Positions 13,201 to 25,133 of a stretch of 46,368 nucleotides of DNA are shown here, one piece after another. The stretch's first letter is position 1; each line of letters starts with the position of its first letter. The translations under genes were made by a program, and so were the position numbers. The notes below the pieces were generated by a model. The model was not told the origin of the DNA. It made no database searches and saw only the letters and a program-made list of their open reading frames with translations. The DNA is from Catajapyx aquilonaris (lineage: Eukaryota): the NCBI GenBank assembly GCA_000934665.2, contig KZ538177.1, forward strand, positions 62,001 to 108,368, given 5' to 3'.

Positions 13201-15433
13201 ATTCAGAATGGTTTTATTTACCTTTGTCGTGAATGTCCAGTGGAGACTTAGAACCTAAATAACAATGGAACGCGGCAATATTGAGTCGAAATGAGACATC
13301 CGGCTTCCTTTACATCCCTTTCAGGCTGACTGATCGCAACATGTGTACCATTCATGACCTACTTAGTGAATGAGAAGCGCGTGTGTCACCTCCGATGTTT
13401 GCCTCGCAATTTTGATTTTCTTAGCGGATGTGGTGATCCAATGCCTAAGGAAGGAAGAGTGACATATTGTCCGAATAATTTCTTTATAAGTTATTGTTGA
13501 CAAAGAGCATATTTTGCATCTCTTTTGTCGTGCAGATGTCAGACACATGACGTGATGGTGTTATTTCATAGTCCGACAAGCCGGTTTGCGTCTTTGTATA
13601 ATATACAATTTGCAATATTCATGCAATGTCTTCTAGTCTTCTTTCAAAAATAGTGAGTTTTTCAAGATGCAATAGCTCTCCTCAAATGAAAGGCGTCCTA
13701 ATGCTTCGCCCATCTTAGGAGCGTGATTTGCTCGAAAGATGTTGTCTTCCTGATGATTACATTAGCGGCAAGGGCGTAATGTATGTATATCACACTTTTT
13801 GTCATCGTTCTTATCTTGTTGCAGTGGCGGATAGGACAATCACACAATATTCACAAAAGCAGACAGAAGTGCTTCATTGAAAAGTGATTTGGCCAGTTAT
13901 GGAAATGTCAGTTTGTCCTCTTCGTAGAGGCATTGCCCACCCCTTGGTACCGACACGTAACATTATTGGCTTCGTCTTATTCCTCACAGTCTCTTATGAA
14001 GAACATCAGTACTGTATCTCATTTTTGCACTTCAACGCCTTGTTCTTTGTCACTCTGCTCCTTCAATATCTATATCCGTCTCTCAGAGTCCTCCTCATTC
14101 TAGAGGACGAAAAAAATGCATTACAGTAATGTGCTACAATACAACTTACGTCTGAACTTTTCTTTTCTTCATATTTTGGTCGAGTTCACTCCAGAGTACG
14201 AACCTGGCCCCAAAATAATAAAATATTACAGGCCGGTAGAATCTTATGCTCTTTAAAAGAACGGGATTGTAATTAACTCTAAATAACTGCATTTATCCTA
14301 GTCTGACGTTTCAGATCACCCCATATGTGCGATACAGACGTTTTCTGGAAAATGCAGTACTTCACTTATGCATATCTTGCATCGGTTTTTGCAGGGGAAA
14401 CATGATATTGTTTTACATACACTAACTCCTAAACTCTCCCGGAATTAAAGATGAATCAGCTCCCATACCTACAGTGGGACCAGGCCACCAAGACATGGTC
14501 TCTCTCCGCTTTTCGGGGCTTCAGTCGCGGAAGTGGGTTGGACTGACGCAACTCCCGCATGGGAACAATGGATGGGGCGATTATTCAAGATGGCGTCACC
14601 ACCCACCATTCCTCCCACCCATAGTGGAACGGTTTGTAATGCCTTTATAGGCATTTATAGTAATCACATTTAAAATAATTAGCCTACATAATTGTGAAAT
14701 TTTATTCAGAATGGTTTCATTTACCTTTGTCGTGAATGCCCAGTGGAGACTTAGAACCTAAATAACAATGAATATTGAGTCGAAATGAGACATCCGGCTT
14801 CCTTTACATCCCTTTCAGGCTGACTGATCGCAACATGTGTACCATTCATGACCTACTTAGTGAATGAGAAGCGCGTGTGTCACCTCCGATGTTTGCCTCG
14901 CAATTTTGATTTTCTTAGCGGATGTGGTGATCCAATGCCTAAGGAAGGAAGAGTGACATATTGTCCGAATAATTTCTTTATTAGTTATTGTTGACAAAGA
15001 GCATATTTTGCATCTCTTTTGTCGTGCAGATGTCAGACACATGACGTGATGGTGTTATTTCATAGTCCGACAAGCCGGTTTGCGTCTTTGTATAATATAT
15101 ATTTGTCATATCCGTGCATTGTCTTCTAGTCTTCTTTCAAAAACAGTGAGTTTTTCAAGATGCAATAGCTCTCCTCAAATGAAAGGCGTCCTAATGCTTC
15201 GCCCATTTCAGGAGCGTGATTTGCTCATGTTGTTGTCTTCCTTCTTGTAATTCGTCCGGTTCTATCAAAAACTGGCGATAACGATGAGAGACTAAAAGGC
15301 GGCCACCGGCAGTAGGTGCCTCAATTAGTTTCTTGCAATGAAGCAACATTTGATTACATTAGCGGCAAGGGCGTAATGTATGTATATCACCCTTTTTGTC
15401 ATCGTTGTTATCTTGTTGCAGTGGCGGATAGGA
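13201..15433. repeat. Near-identical direct duplication: 13201-13836 and 14704-15433 (first copy lacks ~110 bp)
   Basis: Long near-identical runs. ORF-track peptides 13363-13548 and 14857-15042 differ at one residue. Confidence 0.95.
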
Positions 15434-18033
15434 TTGCATATGACATGTTTGAGCTGGGTGGAGTACGTATCGCTTCTGTTATGGGCAGAATAACGTCTTC
15501 CCATGTTTCGTGTCTTGGTCCATCTGTTGCACTAAGGCAGTCCCTTTGATATCCGTCGAACGGGTGCTGCGTTAGGTTACTGGCGGAATAAGTAAGGACT
15601 CTTTGGTATTGAATTATGCCATGAGTAATGAATAACGCATATAAATCGACCGATGTGGTTTAAGTAAGTCCGCTTCAACCTTGCTTAATATGGCTGGAAT
15701 GCAACAAGGCATAACCTTCTTCTTAGAAAGTGTAGCGGCCCATAATGGCTGCTATATCTGTCCAGGGGGTTGATCGATTGCCCTTTGTTACAGTAGTACT
15801 TTACTGGATGGTATGGTCCAGGCAGAATCTTAAAACCCCGTCCATTTTTATTTTCTTCGTATAACGCAGGAGATATGAGCTGCTCTTTTTTCTACATGAC
15901 GTCAAGATTCAATTCGAGGATTTTCCTCGTGGGCATGATCTCCACATTTTTCAACCTTGACGTATGCGTCGTCTATTTGGTTTATGTACTGATCTCAGCT
16001 GGTCTTTGGATCTTCCGTCTTTAGGGGCAATTGTAGAGAGGTCCCCTCGTCCATTTAATCAAGCAATACTTAGGTGTTGCACACTACTTGATTGCTGTCA
16101 TATTAAGTAATGTTTCTTTTTGATATCTGATTGGCGTGTTGCCAGTAGTACATCCAAATTGTGAAGATCGTGTCACTTTAGAGTCACTCTCTTTATTCAT
16201 GTTTTCCCAGCAACACGGAGAAGATTGCAAGTTACACACAATAGTCCAAAATACCATCTGTCACTAATTAATTTAATTATGGCAATGGTGGTACATGATC
16301 TCGTGAATTCAAGGATGCCATTTTTTATAACCCTGCTGATGAATTATAGCTACAATTATTTATTACTGCAATCTCGGCGTGAGTTGCGTTGGAATGGAGT
16401 TACGTGCTATTCATGTTGCACATTACAATGTTGAGAAGAGATAAGTTTAGTAAAAATCCTTGGTTGGGAAACACATCAGATGGCAAGTATCATCCTTGCA
16501 CATCTCTTTTATCCGGAATATTTCTTAGGAATATATCTTGTGAAGTGGGTAAATCGGCGGAAGCTTCGTAGCTTTGTCTTTTGTACAGTAGTTACAGGGC
16601 TACCCAAGCCAGAAATGTATGGTTTGAAGTATGAGAAAAAGACAACAATAGTGTTTCCTCCCTTTTTCTCTATGTGTTTATGTCCAGCTATTCCACCTTT
16701 GTATCTTCCAAGGACTTCCAATAGCCACTGAGCCCAACACGCAGGCGAGAGGCGTCCTATTTGATCCTGCTGCCATCTTTTGGGCGTGATTCCTCTGTGT
16801 GGTTTAATACAGCATTTTTTGTCGGGAAGTGAATTTGGTATAATGCGTTTTATGGCGCACTGGTTTCATTTCCAGTATTCATTTAAACGCAAGTATGACT
16901 ATAAATTATTTATTGTATTTTTAAAGTGAAATCTAGTGTAAGCCACAATTTATGTGAAACTTTGTATTGTCACACTTTAAGTTTGGTCAAGAGAGGATTC
17001 TCTCATTAACTCTCTGCCTGAAAACTTCTCCTTGCTTCTCTCCCTCTGGGTCGTCAGTAAACCTTTGCTAAGGTAGGTGCAATATTATGTAAATCTTCTT
17101 AACAGTATATTCATGAATTGTGCAGTTTGCAAAATATGTTTATTATGTAGTGGAATAATGGCAGCAGGTGCCAGTGGAAGCCGACAACTTCTTAAGCCCA
17201 CAGCTTTCACGCAGTGTAATAAAATAACGTGTCGTTGTGTGTTATGGGTTGCTATGGGTCCATGTTTGCGCATGTTATGGGTTCTAGTCCATTAACATTG
17301 CTTCTTAATCTTCTGGGACGTCAGAGGACCCATACAAATATTGCCACACCATTTTTCTTGTTTCACTGTTTCGTCCGGCAAAACTATGAGGTATGTAACG
17401 AGGTTGTGCTTTTCATAGCAAAAGACTTAATGTTGCTAATTTGCTCTCGTTGTACGCCTGTATGGGACCAAATAATTGGCGCTATGTATGTCATGAAAGG
17501 GGAACATTTCCAGGCGACCCGTCACAGAGAAATCCATGAGGTTTTGAAAGCCTTCCTGTATAGTCGAGGCCCTTGTGCATTTTGAGAAAAATTTGTTCAG
17601 TTCAATTTTCAGGCGTCAGGTGTTTCTTAAGGAGGCAAAAAGCGTGGCCAATTATAGCTACGATTACTGCAGAGTTGTTCGAAGCCCGGCTCTTGCGGCG
17701 TCCTAACTACTTCTGCCGTCTTCTGAGCATCATGTCCAATCCTGCCTGTTCTTCTAGATCTTTCATAGTTTGGGGATGTCACAAGGTCCTACTTATGGCC
17801 AATCAATGAGCGTGCAAATGTCGGATTGTTATTAGATCGCATCCAGTTGTGGTGCCGGTAGAAAGTACAGTCGTGTAATGTACGTTTCTCTTTCTGGTTT
17901 TATTTTGCTACAACTGCACATCCCAACATGTGCCACGATACAAGTGTTTTACGATGCACCTATTGACAGTGGCACTCAGCCGCACTTGCCTTACCCGTAC
18001 CGCGAAAGTACACTTCTGAGCCAGTGCCATTAT

Positions 18034-18364
18034 TGCATGTGTTAGGCTCAAACCCCGAAAATGGCGTTTTCCGATCCATCCTCCATTTTTCTTCGTGGTA
18101 GCATTGCTATCGGTAATATTTCGACTTAATGTGCTATTTCCTCATCAGCCAAGATGGGCATGCCTGAAGAGTCGTTCTGAAACATCACAAATCAGTTAAT
18201 GAATTTCACATAAGAAATGTGAAAGGATGCCCTCTTTATAGACGTTTTAAAACGACCAATCCCGCAGAATGGATGAGTTGAAAAGGAGCATTCCGCGGTC
18301 TGGACGTAGTTTTCGCCCAATGGACGTGTACGGGGTTTCAGTAGGTTTGAGCCTAACATATGCA
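18034..18364. mobile_element. Small non-autonomous TIR element (MITE)
   Basis: tgcatgtgttaggctcaaacc ... ggtttgagcctaacatatgca inverted termini (about 21 bp, 1 mismatch). Confidence 0.5.
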
Positions 18365-20708
18365 TAATTTTTATGTATTTTTGGGCCTAGAAATATTGTT
18401 CGCTTAATGTGGATAGTCTAGCCAAGTGTTTTATATGCAATAGCAAAAGAAAACAGCATGAGTTGCCATGTCGGAGTATTATTAAACCTAAACCGCAAAA
18501 TGAATATCAATGTCCCTTGTACGTACCGTATGTGCATGGCTTCAGAGAGGGTACAAACATCATTAAGATGCTGTGTTCATCGGTATGTCCTGAAGTATGT
18601 TGACTGCCATTCCCCGCTGATGGATACCAGCACTACATCAATGCACATCATATGCAGTCATGCAGACAGACATTTTTTGAAAAAATTAGCGTGATTACAA
18701 TTGTTGCCGAAAATTAAGAACATGAAGCAGGTGAATGTCTATGGCAGAGACTATTAGCAGCAGACTTTTATTCTAAAGGTATCTAAACTGTATAATAATG
18801 AGGGTGAGTGGCAGTGTGTCAACATAGCTCTCAAAAGGCCACCATGGCTTAGAGTACCAGCTAGTACTGTACCTAATCCACCTCTGGGTGCACCATGCAA
18901 ATGACCCCCATTGCAGGCTTTGAAAAGGGACAACCTGCCATATAAGTTATGGCATCCAAAGCTGACCCATAATTTTATGACACCAGTAACAGTGTCATAA
19001 ACAACATATTATAAAGACCTCGTGGGAAGAACGATCAAGGTCCACTTTTTGTCAAAAATTACTTCCGTATAACTCAGAAGATAGTTTCACTATAGCGTAG
19101 AATATGATGGTTTGGTTGTAGTTGTGGAGTAATGATCATAGATCGCAGTGGAAGGCCCTGAAAGTGGGATTTACAATGGAACCTTAATGGCGCCCTTCGA
19201 ATCTGGAAATTGGAATATCTCAGTTTCACCTGAGTTGAACCTTGATCGTTCTTCCCTCAAAGTGTTCATATGTAAGTCTCGTAAATAGAATAGAGTAGAA
19301 TAGAAGCTACAATTTCAAGAATACCTCGCCTAACCGCACCTCTACTCGTCCCTCTGCGATGTTCCGGCGTTCCACTGGATCTTATCAGGGTAGGGTAGCG
19401 TCGTTAGAGACCTGGCCAATATTATAGCGCAGCAGTATGTGCCGTCACCCGGATGATCTCCCGCTTATTTTGAAAACAGGCGCTCTGTATGGGGAAACGG
19501 GCTTTGCGACTGCGTTTTGAGACGGAAACTCGAGTGACATGCCAGTGTGTACGGTGGATTATGGGTGAGGGGAATGTGCCCAGTACTAACCCATCACTGT
19601 CGCCCACCACCGGAGTGCAAATGGCCTCAACCTTCGGTCGCCTCGCCTCGCCTCGGCTGCCTGGTCCTTCTAGTATCTAGTAGGCTACGACATTTTTTGA
19701 CGGTATTATGCAATTTGAGCCTAAATTGATATTTTCCCACTTTCTAGGCACCTTATGAAGTTTTTTCAGGGTTGGAGCAACTACAAAAAGTTTGGGTAAT
19801 TTTTGTACAGCCACATACGCAAAGTTTTAAAACCGCCGTAAGTGAATATATCGCGTATTTACGGCGTATGGCCGTATCTGATGGGCTGTTGTGGTCACTT
19901 TGGTGTCATTTCCCATGTTTTCAGGGTCGAAAGACTCAATATACATGACTCAATATATGTGACATTTTTTAATAAACCAACCCAAAGGTCCACTTTCGTT
20001 TTCCGGAGCGCATGTGTTCCGATCGAACGGGGCTGGCTGTCGTCTACCGCTATCCGCCATCCGTCACTTTTGCTATGATACTGATGTTTTTTTTTAATGT
20101 TATTGACTATTGTGTCTCTGTAACACACGGATTATTAATGTTTTTTTAAACTAAGAAGGCTTAGAAGTATCCAGTACAGCATTTATAAAAATTGCTTGGG
20201 TTAAATGGAATCATTCCAACAACAAAATAATAATTGAAGCTTCTGTCATTTCTGAAGTTTGCACAAAATGGAATCTAAAAATTACACTGTACGGGAGATT
20301 ATCCGGGATAATAACTGTACGGGTGTCTCTGGATAATCGGAAAACACAGATAATCGGCAAATGGTCATTGACATCATAATAATGAGCTATTCACATGTTT
20401 TTAATGTATAGGGCCTGCACACTTTTAATGTAGGCCTATCGTACACTATACTACTGTATAGTCTACAATCATAGTGTATGCTGCTTTAAATAAGGTTTAA
20501 TAAAAAAATAAAACTTGTCATACGGTATCTTATTTAGTTTACCTTCTAGAACTTGCGGTTCTCCCGATCATCTCGTCACGACCAAAAAGAAAAATATCTG
20601 GAGCATTGGTAAATCACCCGCAGTAGTAGTAGTAGGGTCGCCACCCTGACCGCCAAATACCCTGCCAGCCAAATACCCTGACAGCCGATTACCCTAACAG
20701 CCAAATAC

Positions 20709-20793
20709 AAGCGGGACTCTTTTCATAAGATTTCGCCGATTTCGGACATTTAAATTTTTGTCACTGACTCTGCTTAAGGTATTTATGTACCCT
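20709..20793. repeat. 85-bp perfect inverted repeat with 27653-27737
   Basis: aagcgggactcttttcataag...atttatgtaccct is the exact reverse complement of 27653-27737. The right copy continues into a hAT-like terminus (atggccacctta, ~27753-27764). Confidence 0.95.
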
Positions 20794-21301
20794 CGACTTG
20801 AGACATTGCACCTAGTACACCCGTATCCCCCCTCAGTATCCCTATCCTGTCCCTTGAACCGGAGAGAGAAAAATTAAGAAAAATCGAGATGGTGGTGTAC
20901 CACCCTCCGAAAAGGCCTATGTAGGCCCATCACGGGGTAAAGTGAATTAGAATTTTTAAAAAAAATATGAGGCCCACTTCTTCGGAAAGACCCCAAGTAA
21001 GTCGTTCAAAATTTTAAATCGATATATCACAAAAACTGTGGGTGATAGAAGATTTTGGTAAACTTATTTGAAATCAGCGCAAGAAATACAATAGGCATCG
21101 CACATTGATGTACATGGGCCAAAAAAACAAGTTCAATTTTGTTTCCTAGTGTAATGAATACAGCAATGTATGGAACTAAATGTAATACTTACCCAATCTG
21201 TCAGCATGTGATGTAAGGTGAATAAATGATAAGTTACATTGAATTATTCCATCTAAAACAACATATTCATTACAAGCATTGGTTACCTCCCACTCACACA
21301 C

Positions 21302-21530
21302 TCCGGATATGATGAGGCTTGGGAAATGATTCGGGAGTGGTATGGTGATGAGCGTGTCATAACTAGAGCATATCTGCAAACACTTTTCGGCATTGCTAAC
21401 GTGAAAGTGGATTTGCATCTGAGACTTGTTGAGTCATTTGCCGAAAATGTGAGAGCCTTGAAGGTAATGGGAGCTCCCATTGAACATTGGGATCTCATAT
21501 TAATCCATTTGATTGAAAGTAAAATGCACG
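21302..21530 (+). pseudogene. Bel/Pao retrotransposon gag fragment (DUF1759-like)
   Basis: GYDEAWEMIREWYGDERVITRAYLQTLF...ENVRALKVMGAPIEHWDLILIHLIESKM matches the Bel/Pao gag pattern. Confidence 0.8.
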
Positions 21531-21563
21531 AAAGGGCGTATCGCATGGTATATCTTGCCACAA

Positions 21564-22079
21564 TGATGAGAGCTCAGTGGGGAAACAGAACCAAAACATA
21601 TAGGGTCTCAGACAATCTCAGTTTATTCAACCAGACATGACAGACATGCTATGTTGTACACTTCCGTGGATATCTCACCCTTGTTGACCTGCTGTTGGGC
21701 TCTGGGCATCTGACAGGCTGGCTTTTTCGGCCGGAGTCGTCCCCTCCTGTCCTCCAGGGTGGATGTGACCGGTTGGTCAGTCGATGGTTTCTGGCTTCGT
21801 CTCTTCCCTGATGATTACATTAGTTACTGGACATGTAACAACTGCTAAGAGCCTGGAAGCTCTACTAGTATGAGACAAGACTGCACTGGCTAACACTCCC
21901 TCCCTCCTGTAGCTTCGAAAGAGCACCAAAGGACCGAAAAACCAAAAGACGAAATACCCCCAGGGGTCTCTTGTCAACCAGCATGTATTTATTAAGTCGG
22001 GGACCGGTAATAATTAATGACGTCAGAGTCCCGGGGCAATTGCCCTCACGGACTCACATGACTTTACGTAACCGGCACA
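21564..22079 (-). mobile_element. Possible solo LTR
   Basis: TG...CA ends, minus-strand AATAAA near 21622 and an AT box near 21988. No TSD. Confidence 0.3.
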
Positions 22080-22165
22080 GGACGTGGTCTAGAAATTGAG
22101 GATGGATGTGTCACGAGATGCAGGAGTCACTGCACTGGGTGTACTGGCTGCTGGGGGATTTACTG

Positions 22166-22180
22166 TGATGATGATGATGA

Positions 22181-22247
<67 letters not shown>
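22166..22247. repeat. (TGA)n(TTA)n microsatellite
   Basis: Direct reading. Confidence 0.95.
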
Positions 22248-22248
<1 letters not shown>

Positions 22249-22647
22249 TGCATGTAGAGGGAACTGCAACATTACCTGACGCATAGCTTACTAACATTAC
22301 AACTAACCTGCACAAGTGATAGAAATAATGCCCAATCATTATTGGTCATTTTTTCAATTGCTAGAACTGATTCAGGTTGGTATCTCTTTTAGTCTGTCTC
22401 CTGCCCCCATGAAGCTCTGGGGGTAGGAGAACTCAAGCCCCCACACCACGTCAAGGTTGAAATACCATCGTGGGGGTGGATAGGGGGGGAAGGAATGGGA
22501 AACCAACCTAACACTAGCGTCCACCAGGCGTCCTCCTGGATAGGTTGGGGAGAGGAAAAGGGAAGGAATACGTACAATATGTATATACACACTATGAGCA
22601 CTCCCGCACTACCAACTGTGTCGTCCACCGTCCAGGTGACCATGTGA

Positions 22648-23508
22648 TTTTGATTTGATTTATTAAACCCAGTGAACCCAAGGTCCTTTTGGGGGCTTCG
22701 CCAGTTACATAGTCACTCAGTACATTATCAATGAAACAAAAACATAAGGCTCAACAACTGTTAAACAATGATGAGATAACAATAAATAACGTTGGGGGGG
22801 GGGGGNGGGGAGAGTCCAGTACCTTGTCATTTCATATTTTAATATCACAAAACTGAAGAATTTTTACCACTGCTCTTAAAAAGGAAAATACCTTCTGCAT
22901 AAGGTGGGTATCATAGGAGTTAAATAATGTATGGACCTTTTCGGCGGGAACCCTTTTAACATCATATAAATATTGAATGCGGGGCGTTCTGAGAAATGGG
23001 TATTCATAAATGACATGGCATAAATTAAATATTTCCTCCTGATTACATAATGAGCACTGCTCCTCCCCCACCCAGTTCAACCTGTACCCATCACACCATA
23101 AATACAGGTAATTACATCTCAGATTAACCCAAAGCCGGAGCAGGTGGAGCGGAAATCGCATGTTTATATATGGCTGGCCCAAATGTGTTGGATTGAGGTT
23201 CGAATAATATCTATTCCTAACTGAATTTGCCAATTTCGAGTGGTCATCTTGTATCGAGCTATCTTTATATACCTGAAGTAACTGTAATGGTGAGGATCTT
23301 TCTCGTGGGCCTCTATTCCAATACTGCCATGATATCCCCATAGGCTTAAATATGTATTTATCTACTTGTTCCTTCCACATCATTGTTTGGTGGGGTGTAT
23401 CAGATCTTATCATATAGTTATAGGCAATCTTCGTTAGTCTAGTCTCTGGCATACCCTCTATCCTTATCAGGAATCTCAGAACAGCTTTAGCTACATTTAC
23501 TTCAAGAG
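22648..23508 (-). mobile_element. 5'-truncated non-LTR retrotransposon (ORF2 C-terminus, 3' UTR, (AAATC)n tail)
   Basis: PLEVNVAKAVLRFLIRIEGMPETRLTKIAY...CSLCNQEEIFNLCHVIYEYP (degenerate CCHC knuckle). AATAAA followed by an aaatc tail at ~22648-22664. TSD accatgtga at 22639-22647 and 23539-23547. Confidence 0.8.
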
Positions 23509-23549
23509 GACCGAGTCTATTATTAATTTCACATGGTCACCATGTGAAA

Positions 23550-25133
23550 TTAATAATAGACTCGGTCAAAATAATCAACGTTTCTGCGGCATACTGGGCA
23601 CCTGTGCGGTAGTGGGAGCCGCCATCTGTTGACCATGCTACGAAGTCTCTCATTGCACTCATGGCAGACGCACAGATGCATGACCGGAGCATAAATGTAT
23701 TGCCTGGCTTCGACTAGGCAGCAGACGCAGATTAAGACATTCTGGCCTGGTCCGTCACCTGCTGCCTGCTGGCCTGCTCCGTGTGCTCCTACCTGATCTC
23801 CAGCCTGATCTCCTGCCTGATCTCCTGCCTGACCTTCCGGCTCAAGATTTTGGGTCCAGCTGGTTGCATGTGCAGTCCTAGCGAGGAACTCGGGGATGCT
23901 GCACTCATTCCTGGCTAACCTTTGGGTCGCCTGAGTGATTCTCTTGTCCTGCAGGATGTACTTCTGTTTTTTGTTTCGTGCGATCTGGAGGCCTCCGAGG
24001 GAGCGTGTGAAATCCTGTTGTGCTGAGAGTTCCACGTCGCGGAGTTTCTCTGAAATATTTTGGAAGCGTCACGTAAGGTCTGGAGTGCAAAATTATAACC
24101 CTGAAACAACAATGAAGTCCTTCCAGGTTGATTAATTACCTAAAAAGGCCCACACAGTTGGATGGTACCCAATTTGCCGGAGGAGCTTGGCGTGGAAGCT
24201 ATCCACATTGTTATTGGTCCTCCTCTGTTGGGAGTGCACTGACAGAATGTGGGGATTATGGAGTTCAGTGTACCAGTACTACCGTTTACTATACCTTAAT
24301 GCTTCTCTGCGTATACTCTTCCACATGTCCTGTATAGTTTAAGTTATGACTTACTTGCTTGAAACAGGGCAGTGTATGCTTATGTTTTTAGTTGGGGACC
24401 CCAAACAATCGTCTCGTAAAATTCGTGACCCTGAGATGTGCGCCTTTTGATCCCTCAACAATGCAAATGTAGGTAAAATGTAAAATGCAAATAATAGATT
24501 AATAGCTGTTGTCGAATATCTGCGTTGTTCTGTAACTTTTCCTATTCAGATGGAATCATTTTGTGAAAATAATTTCCTACCCTCCCTCGCGGCCCCAAAT
24601 ATAAAGCTCGCGATATGAGCTCCATCACTTACGTGATTATGGGTGTCAGCTGCATGTATAGTCAACAGCTGGTGAAAGAGAGTTGGCACGGTCTTAAATG
24701 TCCCATCTATGTGGAGCTCAGGGGAATTACGGAGAAGCTCGTCACATAACTCTCCGGAGTGGAAGACGATCGATGTCCCCTCCTCCTCACTGCCAGTGAG
24801 GGTGCAGTTGTAGAATTGCTGGCCGTCCACGGCACAACTAAACCTGGGAAGCTGCACGAGCTGCTGGACGAACTCCTCAGGGCTGGATGGGACGTCAGGC
24901 CTGATGTTCTTCCTCCTCTTGGCCATAGATCTCGAGAGAGACACAAATGACACGAGGCCAGCGGCACCTTTTAACTTTGGATTAACATATTCTCAAACAA
25001 CAGCTTTAATCGTCAATGGTATAACCACCTCCACGGTTTCGCCACGCCTTTCTCGCTCTTCGGCGGCCCTCTTCCACCTCACCACAACTAGCCGGCGCCT
25101 TAGTTCTGCTAATGTAGAGGTCCACTCCCTGAC
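23550..25133 (-). pseudogene. Spliced MULE transposase pseudogene with C-terminal C3HC4-type RING finger (exons 25133-24633, 24329-24140, 24049-23550)
   Basis: Motifs LHIDGTFKTVPTLFHQLLTIH and RTNNNVDSFHAKLLRQIGYHPTVWAFL. A GT-AG 90-bp phase-1 intron joins in frame to EKLRDVEL...CVCCLVEARQYIYAPVMHLCVCHEC...CPVCRR. There are two in-frame stops, and the middle catalytic region is missing. Confidence 0.85.

Larger units (their letters stand above)
1..19300 (-). pseudogene. Decayed gene-dense block with internal paralogues; possible endogenous large-DNA-virus-like element, family unidentified
   Basis: Long minus-strand frames broken by scattered stops and indels, e.g. 10522-10740 SNLDTKLNPCKIIESQLPYLSLLFEKDYNLHKFIEKLALKVHPLWSGRWLDTPAILEEATKW. 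At least 7 diverged repeat pairs, some with synonymous third-position differences. No recognisable hallmark gene. Confidence 0.35.

Noticed and set aside
20643..20706. CRISPR-like repeat array
   Set aside because: The 16-bp units are contiguous with no spacers, in a eukaryotic context; better explained as a MULE TIR.
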